Assembly: GCA_004431415.1 (NCBI GenBank)
Contig: QPMI01000395.1
Location: 434,001-498,000 of the forward strand
Direction: 5' to 3'
DNA: 64,000 bases
Source: Cyanophora paradoxa CCMP329
Lineage: Eukaryota > Plantae > Glaucophyta
This document shows, one piece after another, positions 40,525 through 51,000 of this stretch (positions are counted from its first letter, which is position 1; the number at the start of each line of letters is the position of its first letter). The position numbers were made by a program, and so were the translations under genes. The notes below the pieces were generated by a model. That model was not told where the DNA came from and made no database searches. It worked only from the letters and a program-made list of their open reading frames with translations.

Positions 40525-40602
40525 TTATCTTTTGATCTTCGAATCGAAAAGCCATGGCCAAGTCACTGGGCGGGCTACAACAAGAGACCTACAAAGCGGG
40601 GT

Positions 40603-40643
<41 letters not shown>

Positions 40644-41915
40644 CTCGCCTACGGCTCGAAGTCGCTCTCGTCGCTCTCCGCGAAGCTGCGGCGGGCGCAG
40701 CGGCGCTTGGGGCGGCCCTCGCGGGCGCCGGCGCCTCCGCCTCCGAGTCGCTCCCGTCGCTCTCGTCCCGGGCGCGGAGCGCGCGCTTGCGCTTCGGGCG
40801 GTCCTGGCGCGGCGCCGGGGCCGCCTTGCGCATCGTGGAGCCGTGGCCGCCGGCGTTGCGGTCCGCCGTGTTCGCCTTGCAGTAGCAGCCTGGGCGCGCC
40901 CGTCGACGTCAGCGCGGGGCGGGGGTGGGGCGGGCGGCGGGCGGCGCACGGTAGGCGGGCGTGGTGCCCTCCGCGACGACGGCGGCGGGGGCGCGCGGCG
41001 TGGCGCAGCGCGTGACGACGAGGCGGCAGCGGAGCAGCTCCTTGTGCGGCTTGTACGCCGCGAGGTCCTTCGCCTTCAGCCAGAGCCGCGCGCTCACGCG
41101 CATCGCCTGCCGCGCGCGCTCCGTCAGAGGGCGCCAGGCGAACGCGGCGCGGGGCGCGGGGCGCGGGGCGCGCACCCCGTCCTCGTCGTAGGCGATGTCG
41201 CCGGTGTCGAGGGCGGGCGCGATGAGCTCGGGGCAGAACTTGTCGCCCAGGAGCTCGCGCCCCGGCACGGGCACGAAGGCGTCCTCGCCGACGCACATCT
41301 CCGGGATCAGCACCAGCGCGTACGCGCCGGGCCGGCCCCAGCCGGGGAAGGCCCGCCCCAGGCCGATCCTGGCGCCGCCGCACTCGGCGGTGACCGCCAG
41401 CTCCTGGATGTGGTTCTGCACGACCGGCCCATTCTGCACGGGCGAAGGCTGCGTCAGGTGAACAACGCGGCGCGCGCGGGGCTCACCTCGGCCCACCCGC
41501 AGGCGATGCGGAGCGCCACGGGTGCGGCCACGGCAGACGGGGCCAGGCCCGAGCCTTGGGTCTTTGTGCCTGGTGCATAGGATAGGCGCGGGGCCGCAAC
41601 CATCTGCACACCGGCTGCAAACGACCCTGAGCTCGGTGCCGTCGCCGCCAGCGCCATCGCGTCCTCGGAATCGTCGTCGGAGTCGTCGCCCACGTCCGTC
41701 GAGGTCGGCGACGCCGGGCGCGTGCCCGGATGCGCGTTCGCCTGCTGCTGCGAGAACGCGAGGCCGGCCTGCAGCTTCTCCATGGCGACCACGTCCAGGC
41801 TCTCGTTGAGCACGTCGAGGATGTCTACGTCGCTCTCCTCCGAATCCGTGGTGTCCGGGGTCGCCGGGTCGAGCTCGGGCGCAAAGGTAACGTGGTGGGC
41901 TGCGGCAGACGACAT
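40525..41915 (-). CDS. Hypothetical protein: acidic N-terminus, globular core, basic NLS-like C-terminus
   Basis: ATG at 41915 (MSSAAAHHVTF) and at least three exons joined by GT-AG introns near 41450-41490 and 40890-40950. Codons are GC3-rich and a PKRKR motif is present. No family recognised. Confidence 0.6.
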
Positions 41916-42843
41916 CTTCGCCGAGGTTGATGGAACGCAAAACCGAAATGCTTCGCGCGGCTGCCTACTTAAAGAATCGTGCGAGGGCTCAAGCTCAGGC
42001 GCTTCACATGAATGAACTGTGGGACCCAGCCGACCGCTGTACCCCTTCGGCAAACGACCGCCGCAGCTCCGCGCCCGCAAATCGACCAGTCCGGCGATGC
42101 AAGAGAATCGAATGAGCGAGGCCGGCGAGTTGGCGCAGAAGATGCGCAGGGGCGGGATGCAGCAAGCGGGCTCCAGAGAGCCGGCAGCGGCGCAGCTCCC
42201 GGCCGACGTCCTCGCTCCTCGCTTCTCGTTCCTGGAGATGTGCCACCGGTCTGGTACCCGGCTTTGTGTCCGCAAGTGGCGGGAGGCCGGTCGCGGCCCG
42301 CCGAGTTAGCGTTCTCGTCCTGAGGTACGCGAGCCGGAGAGGCGCAGACCGAATTCCCGCGCGCTCTGAGAGCTAACAGAAGTCGCGCAGCAGCGATGTG
42401 GCCGTGCCGTTAGAAATGTGCAGCGGGACGTCGACCCGTCCTGCGTCGACCCGGAAGCCGCTCAGCAGCGATGTGGCCGGGCTGCGGATCTGAAACGCAT
42501 TTGCCTCGTCCTCGGACACAGCGAGGCGACCGCGGCGACTGCGGCGCCGCTCACTGCGGCAGCGTTGGAGCCGGGGTGCGACGCGTGCGCAGCCTCGACC
42601 CGCCGCCCGCCCACGCCCCCGCGCGTCTTAGCTTCCTAGCGGCCCTTGGCGCAGGCTTGGATCTCCGTGCTGGCCCGCTGCGAGCCTGGGCGGGCCTGCG
42701 CCCAGGCTGGAGGCCGGGCGCTGGGTCGAAGGCGGCGTCGCCCCGGGCTCCAGGCCGCCCCCGGCCGGGTCCCGGCCCTCCCACTCGGCACCGGGCCCGA
42801 CTATGTCCGCTTCCCCGCAGCGCGGCCGCAGTCCGCCCGCACA

Positions 42844-42876
<33 letters not shown>

Positions 42877-44467
42877 GGCCGAGGCGACCGGCGCCCCTCC
42901 GCCCTCCGGCCCCTGCGCCGCTTCACGCGAGGCGCGGGCGAGCTCTAGCCCGCCGAGCCCCGCCCGCCGCCCCGCCGCCTCAAGCCCGCCCCGGCGCGGC
43001 GCGCCCGTCGCCCCAGCGCCCCGTCCGGTGTCCTCGGCTGCGACTGTGCGCCCTCGCTGCGCGGCGGCCCGCCGGCGCCGGATCGGAGGCGGGGCCCCGA
43101 ATGGGCGGAGGATGCATCAGGAAGCGGAGGCGCGCCGCCCGGCGCCCGGCCCCCCGCGGCCCCCGCGCCCGCAGCTGACGCCCCCGCGATCCTCAGGCCT
43201 GTTACTTGGGGAGAAGGGCGGGCGCGGGCGACCCGCGGGCGGCGGGGCCTGATGTCTTCTTTCGCCCCGACGGCTTCTCGAGTCTTCTCTTCAGCGCCCA
43301 TGCCGCGGTGAGCTCTCCCCAGCGCTCATGCCCCCCCCCCCCCCCCCCCCCCTCCCCCCCGCACGCCCCCGCACCCCCTTCCCGTCCCCCTTCCCTCTCC
43401 CCCTCCCTCCCCCGCCCTCGCCTTCCTCCCCCCTTCCCTTCACCCCCACAGCGCTGCGTCTGCTCGCTGAGGGGTACAGCAGCACGGGCGAGGGCCCCGG
43501 CGCTAGTGGAGGGATCGAGCTTCGCGCTGGCGGAGTATCCCCGGGCTCGAAGCGCTCGGGGATACCGTGCCTTGAGCTTTTCCTCCGCTGGAACGCCGGC
43601 GGGTACCCGACGACCGATTCGGGTACCCCGACGACCGATTCGGGTGCCCCGCGCGCTCCCGGGCCGCCCCCGGCGCTTCGGTACCCCTGACGCTTCGTTC
43701 GCAGGGGCGGCTTCGTCCCTCGAGCTCGCCAGGCGGCGACTGGCGACCCGCGGCTGGCTTCCGGCTGGAGGCGGGGGGGCGGCGGGCCGGCGCCGCTGGA
43801 TTCTTCTTCTCCGCCCTGATCGAGCTCCTCTACCCCCCGCTCCTCCTCCCGCGGCGGCCTTTGGGCCCCGCCCCGTCGACTCCTCCCAGGCCCCGCGGCC
43901 GCTGGTCCCTGTCCTCCTTGATCGTCATCCGGTGGGGCCGGTGGCCGCGGGGGGACGGGGCTCCTCCCGGGCCCCCGGGCGGGGAGACGAGGGCTCCGGC
44001 CCGCCAGGCCGCCCCTGCGCTGGCCCCGCCCGGAGCCGCCCCCTACCGCGGGGCGCGCCCCCTACCGCGGGGAAGGCCGGCCGCCCCCTCCCCCCCCCCT
44101 CCTCCCCCTCCCCCTGTGAGGACAAGGCGGGGGCGGGGCGGGCGCGGTGGAGGCGCCGGCCGGCCCGGGCGCCCCGCCCCGCCCCGAGGCCGGCGCGGCG
44201 CCCCAAGGCCGGCCCGGGGAGCGGCGCGGCCCGGCTAGCGCCGGGAGCGCCAGACGCAGCACCTGCCGGGCGGCATCCCGGGCCCGCCCGCCCGCCGCCG
44301 CCGCCGCTGCAGCCGCAGCTTAGCCAGCCTCGGCCTTCCCCCCCCCCCTCCCCTGGCGCCCGGCCGCCGCGTGCCTTCCTCTCTAACCTAAACCCGGGAG
44401 ATAGCGAGTGACTGAGTTGGAGAGGCTGCAGCTTATTGGGCCGATATCGATGCCATACGTGCGATTG

Positions 44468-44612
44468 TCCAGATCTAGATCTACTAGGGTTAGCTATATG
44501 GGTCGAAAATGGGTACCTAGGTCCATAAATCAATTTGTCTATAAAATCAATAGATAGGCACAGACCTAAGGGCCTCTCCTTTCCAGATCTAGATCTACTA
44601 GGGTTAGCTATA
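44468..44612. repeat. 31-bp perfect direct repeat pair in AT-rich intergenic DNA
   Basis: tccagatctagatctactagggttagctata occurs at 44468-44498 and 44582-44612. Confidence 0.9.
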
Positions 44613-45081
44613 GACCTGCGAGACTTAACTCAGCTGCTACTTATACTGCAGCTGGCTGGGCTGGCGCACGCGCGGCTGTATGCGGGCGCCGCCGCGCGCT
44701 GCGCGGCTAGATTCAGATCCGATGATCTTGGCTGGAGGGCTCTAGATCTGGCGCGCGACGCCTGCGCTGGCGCCGGCGCGCGCCGCGGCGCGGCCGGCTG
44801 CAGCTGCCGCGCGCGCCGGCGCGGCTTTATATATAGCTAGCGCTGCATCCGCAGGCGCGGAGGCGGCCCGGCCGCTGCGCATGCGCGTGGCCGAGCCGTG
44901 GCGCGGCGCAGGGCGCCGCAACGAATTCGAAGCATGCAGCGGCCTCAAACCAGACGCCCGCCTGGGGTACGACAATTCGGGTCCGCCAGCACCGGCGGCA
45001 GTTATATAATTAGGGGCCGTCGACACCGACTAGCGATGAGAGGGAAGTGCAGTAGCAGCTGAGCGCCTCGCCCACGTATCC

Positions 45082-48000
45082 ATGGCTGCCGCAGTGACCG
45101 TCAGTTACCGCTTTGGGGTAACTGAGGCGCTGCGGCTCCGGATTCTCGCCGCCCGCGCCGAGGCTGAGGAGAGCTCGAACCAGAGTCCAGCTGCGCTCGC
45201 GGCTCTCGACCGGCTCGTGTCCGGCGTGAGCAAGTTTCCGGGCGCGGCGCCGGCTGGCCATGGCGCCGTGCACGTGGCGACCGCCGGCGTTCGCAGCTTC
45301 CTAGCGCGAGAGATCCTGCAGAAGGCGGGAGCTCCGGGGTCGGTGCCGGCGGAGGATCTTGCGATCCTCCAGCTGCGGGCGCCCGGCGTCTTCAAACAGC
45401 TCGCCACGGACGAGGCGCGCTCGCCCGAGCCCCCTCGCGCGAAGCCTCGCGAGTCTCAGAGTCTGCTCACGCCGGCGCGCGCGGCGACGTGCGCAGGCGG
45501 TGAAGGGCGCGCTGGAGGAGCACCTGCGGCTGGAGAGCCGCGGGCACGCGCTCGTCTGCGACGCCCTTTTCTTCCTGGCGCTGGAGCGCGGGGAGAGGGC
45601 CCCCAGGCGCGAGCGGCTGGAGGCCGACCCGCGCTTCGCGCCCATCGTCGGCTTGATGCGGGAGGAGCTGCAGGACGAGCAGACGGCGCAGGCGGCCGCC
45701 GCCTCCGTCGTCGCCCCGGACGCGGAGCCGCCGGCAGCGGCAGCGGCATCGTCGTCAGCAGCAGCATCAGCATCAGCAGCCCCCAAGCGTCGGCGTCGCG
45801 ACCGGGAGCGGGAGCCTCCCCGCGAGAAGGTGCGCGTCACACGGCGTGCTGCTGCAGCCTGCGCGCGGCCCCTTCAGATCTAATTCTTCGCCTCTCCTGA
45901 TACACCCGCCCCGCATGGGCTGTCCACGCACAAACGCAGAAAAATAACAAGCGTGACTACGCCGATTCCTACCGCACTGCCTTATTCTTCAACGGGGATG
46001 AGGCCGCGTACCTCAGATCATATGAAGTGAGTGCAATATTAATGATCTGTAGCCGAGAAACTTAATAATGTACATGTGACACGTGCATGACTCAGCACGG
46101 CGCATGCTTAGATCTAGAGTATCTCTTTTATATTACAAATGTGTCGAAGTCCATCGCATTCTTCCTTTTCAAATGCCATGATGTATTAGTATTTTGCATC
46201 TAGCCATATGCATCTAGCCTAGTAGAGCTATATATAAGCAGCGCTCGCGCTCTTGTCACGAGATTCTCTCTGATGGATGGGATCGGGGACAGGGCGTAGT
46301 GAGCGTACAAATCCCTCGAGCCATTTTCGTCGCGGCGCGCCCGTTGCTCGAGGAAGTCAAGTCAAAGAGTCTTACCAGTTTTGGAAAAGCCTCCCTCGAG
46401 ATGATGGATCTGATGTGCGCCCCCGGGCCCGCGGCCTTCCCTCGAATCCGTTTCAAAGCAAACTATGTCGCTGGCCCTCCATTGCTTTGAAGTGATTTCC
46501 TTGCAGATACAACCTGGCGACAAGCCGCGAATCGACCCTGAGCTCCATGGACGAGGCGACTGCGACGCGCCTCGCATTGTACATTATGTACATAGACAGG
46601 CACATCATCCCGGTGCTCCAGTCGCGCTTCCCCGCCCCCGGCGGCCCCGCCGAGCTCAAGGCCGTCTACGAAAAGAACCGAGAGAAACTTGCAGCGTACG
46701 CCCCGGCCCGTTTGGACGTCGATCGAAATTTTTGTCGAATTTGAAGCATCGGGCTGATGAGAAAGTCATTCGTTCCGTGCAGCGTGGTGGAGAGAACCGC
46801 TGCGCGCCGCCAGGAGCTGGCTGCCGAGCGAGCTCTCAAGAGCGCGGCGAAGGAAAGGGGCACGCAGGCTTCAAACGAGTGCGCCCAAAGACCCCGCTCT
46901 TTATGATCAATTGCAATTGCGAGATTCGCTCCTCTGATTGATTCTTCTGCGCGATCTCAAGGGATACAGCTGCCGGGGGCTCGTCGAGCTCGAGCGGCTC
47001 TTCGGATGCACCGGCCCCGAAAGCGCCGAAGCTCACCCATCGCAAGCAAGTCGAATCTCAGGGCCGGGGTATCGATTTATTCTTCGGCGGGGATGAGGCG
47101 GCGTTCCGCGCATCGTACGAGGTGAGTGCGGTGTATGTGATGTGATGTGATGCGATATTCGGCCGAAATTCTTTAAACATTGACACATACATGAGCATGT
47201 GCTTGCTTCCAGTTCCTCCGATGATTTTACGTGCGAGATCCATCGCATTTATACTATGATATTCTTTATAATTTATAGTAGTTGTGTCATTTCATCATGA
47301 TCATTGCCGAAGCTCCCATTCACATCTAGTGCCCATGCACTTTCGAGTTTTCACGATATATCAAAGTGATCTCTCTGATTGTGGGGCATCGGGGACAGCG
47401 CAAGACCCCCGGAAACATCCCGCGGGTCATCTTTATCACAGTGCGGCCGTTACTCGAGGAAGTCAGGCCGCTGCACATCGCCCAGTACGGGACATCTGCC
47501 CTGGAGATAATGGATCTGCTGTGCGCCCGCCGCAGTCTCTTGAGTTGCATTTGAAGCCAATCATCTCGTCGCGCCGGCCTTTCCTTGCAATTTATTGCTT
47601 TTCTCGCAGATACAACCTGGCGGCAGACCGCGAATCGGCCCTTAGCTCGATGGACAAGGCAACCGAGAAGCGCCTCTCACCATATATTAAGTATGCGGAA
47701 GACTTTGTCGTGCCACGCCTCCGGACCTACCACCCCGGCGGCCTGGCCGAGCTCAAGGTTTTGTACGAGAGGAACCGCGAGAAGATCGCAGCGTGCGTTC
47801 AAGCGTCGCCCCAGCCCGATCGGATGAAAAAACATTTAAGCATCGGGCTGATCCTGAATTTGATTTTTTCGTCCGGTGTAGCGCGGTGGGGAAGAACGAG
47901 GCGCGCAGGCAGGAGCTGGCCGCCAGGCGAGCCCAGAAGAACAGCGCCAGCACGAGCGTGGCAACGGGCGCGGAGGCAGGCGCGCCCGATCCAAGCGAGT

Positions 48001-51000
48001 GAGCCCGCGGACCTCGCTCTTCAGGCCTCGCTTCGTCGCCTCTGATTTGATCTCTGCTGCTTGCGTCGCCTCTAGGGAGACGGCTGCGGGGGGCTCGTCG
48101 TCGGGCTCGGGCGACGAGGGCGGCCGCGGGGCCCGGGCGGATGCGGGGGGCGCACCCGCGGGCTCGGGTGGCGCCGCCGACGTCGACGTCCAAGGCCAAG
48201 GTCCGAATCGCGATCGAGCTCGCGATCGATTGCGAGCCCCGTCGCAGGCGCCGGCGTCGGCCCCGGATCGGCTCCTTCGAACGTTAACTCGGCGAGGTCG
48301 GACGGCCCCCTCAATAAAAAGGCGCGCTCATATGATCAATCGTGCAGTCTCCGCCCTTCCGGGTATAAGAATCCGCCCTAGTGCTCTTGGACTCGTCGAT
48401 TTGAGATCTCAAGACCACGTTGAACATAGCCCTGCCGTGACGGGCTCGCCGTGACGGGCCCAGCGCGCAGCCATCAAGGCATGATGTAGACAGGGGGCTC
48501 TACCTTTATGGCACCGCTTTGTTCTTCAACGGGGATGAGGCGGCGTTCCGCGCATCTTACGAGGTAAGTGCGGTGCATGTGATGTGATGTGATGCGATAT
48601 TCGTCAGAGTCTTTCAATTTATACCTTAACAAATGCGTGATCACGTGCACGTGTATTCATGATCATTTGGAGTGTGATCATCATCACCTAAAGCTTCGAA
48701 TTCTAGCTAGCCTCCACACAACGATTTCGATTTTTGATGACGGGACACGAGGCGCACGGTTGTTTGAAATATGTTTAGATTTAGACACGGATAGGCTCTA
48801 GATCCAGATCATGCATATGGCGCTTGCCTACAATGCAATGGCGACCTCCGTCGCATAAATTGCAGCGCCCACACATTCGCTTTGAAATCGCTCTAATTTC
48901 ATTGAATTAGAGATTATCATCGCCAATCTGTCGTGAGATTATCGCTGATCGTTCGAATCGGGAACAGGGGGTAGTGACCATGGAAATTCCCCGCACCGCG
49001 TTCCGTGCTGTGCGCCCGTTGGTCGAGGAACTCAAGCCAAAGCATTTGTCCCACTACGTAAAAGCCATCATCGAGAAGACGGATCTGATGTGCGCGCGCC
49101 CCGGCCCGGCGCCAGCCCCCGGCCGTCGACGTCTCTAGATCTTGCATTCTTTTCGGAATAAATTAAATCATTCCGCCGTCGCTCCTCCCTTTACCAGGCT
49201 TCCTTCGCTTGCAGATACAACCTGACGACAGACCCCGATCTGGCCGTCAGCCTGCTGAGCAAGCCGACTTCTTCAGCGAACGAGTCGCTGTACATAATGT
49301 ACGCGAACCAGTTCGTCGTGCCGCGCCTCCGGACCTACCACCCCGGCGGCCTGGCCGATCTCAAGGCCTTGTACGAGAGGAACCGCGAGAAGATTGCAGA
49401 GTGCGTGCACCGCCCCAGCCTAGATGGACGCACTGTTTTTGAGGCATCGGGCTCTCCTTGTGCAGTGCTGTGGAGAAGAACACCGCGCGAAGGCAGGCGC
49501 AGGCGGCAGCACGATTGCAAGCTCGGCAGAGCATCCTCAGCATGCGCGCGAGCGTCGCGGCGGCCGCGGAGGGGGGTGCGCAGGCTTCGAGCGGGTGCGC
49601 CCGCGGACCGCGCTTTTCAAGCCTAGCTTCGTCGCTTCTGATCATAAATTGATCGCCTTTAGGGAAACGGGGACTTCGCTACCACCTCAGAGGAGCGCGG
49701 CGCCGGCAGCAGCTGCCGTGGCCGCGGCCGGGGCCAGTCCCCCCGGGGGCCCGGATTCCGCACGCCAGCCGCTCGGACCGGCTTTCAGCTCGGGCCCGAG
49801 CGCGGCCCCCGCATCCGGAGCGGCCCCGCCGGTCAGCGGCGCGGCCTCTACCGGCCCCGGACAGCAGCCTCGAGCCTCCGTGCCAGTCGGGCCCGCTTCG
49901 ACCACGAGCGCAAGCGTGATCCGGATCCCCGGAGCGGCAGATCGGCGATATACCGGCCCCGGTCGCAACCGCTGGCGTCCTGCCCCTGCGGGGGAAACGC
50001 TGGCAGAGAGGGTGCGCCTTAAGCTTTTGACTATTGCAGTCTACGCACCGCAACAGACTTGACTATTTCACCTTTGATTCCTCGAGCTGATAGCTGTCTT
50101 TGATTCCTCGATATGATAACCCGGCTGATTCGTGGCCGGTGTGGGCCGGGCCCCGCGCGCAAACGCAGAAAGGGTCCGGGGGCTATCACATCGAGAGTTA
50201 CGCCGTCGCCGAATTCTTCAACGGGGATGAGACGGCCTTTCGGAAATCATTCAATGTGAGTGCACAGCCGCGGCCTCCTTAATTACCCTCTATGATTTAA
50301 AATCAAGAGTCACGGCGTTTGTTTAATGTTTTAGGTGCCTCTTTCAATCATGAATATATAGTAATCCGATGATCGCGATTTAGCGTGCTGCGTCTATAAA
50401 TGTCTAAAAATGTCGCTACATCTGCAGCTCGTGCATTTTTGCTGCCAGGCTGACTGACGCCCGTGCATTTTTGCTCGCTCCTTGTCCAGGGCCGTTTCTT
50501 CCGATTGAGCCGGGGGCAGAACGAGGCGGGCATCGACACCACGCGCCGCCTCTTCCGCGCGGCGCGCCTCCTCCTCGTGGAAGCCACGCACAAGCACGTG
50601 TCCCAACTCATGAAGGCCGCCGTTGCCCACCTTGACCTCCTGTGCGCCCGGCTCCGGATCCCTCAAGCTTGCGATATTAATGTATATTATGTAGTGGCCA
50701 GTGGCCAGTCTCCCGCGCCCGCGCTGTGCCTTGATCGGTCGCTGCAGGTACCACCTGACGGTCAGGCACGAGCCGGCGCTCTGCGTATTCGACAGGGTGG
50801 CCGCGAAGCGCCTGGACCAGGTGCTGGACCCAAAGTACATTAATTACATGGAGAAGCACATCGTGCCGCGCATCCGGACCCGCTACCCCGGCGGCCTGGC
50901 CGAGCTCAAGGCCTTGTACGAGAGGAACCGCGAGAAGGTTCTAGAGTGCGTGCACACCACGCGCCGCCCTCGCCTAATTGGAGGGCTGCCATCCATTTAT

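Noticed and set aside
40604-40643. 40-bp poly-G as a special element
   Set aside because: Similar G/C runs are common in introns here (33670, 36570, 43330, 57400), and their length is unreliable in assemblies.
43601-43650. About 21-bp tandem duplication gggtaccc(c)gacgaccgattc
   Set aside because: It has only about 2.4 copies and no further structure.
42400-44411. Possible gene in GC-rich DNA (ORFs 42803, 43206, 43328)
   Set aside because: Splice-like sites exist, but I could not build a consistent frame or find any motif. It was left unannotated and may still be a gene.
46277-46300. In-frame TAG in GIGDRA*, suggesting stop-codon reassignment
   Set aside because: The acceptor ACAG| gives GGC GTA GTG (GVV), so the TAG is out of frame. 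The genes here end in normal TAG/TAA.
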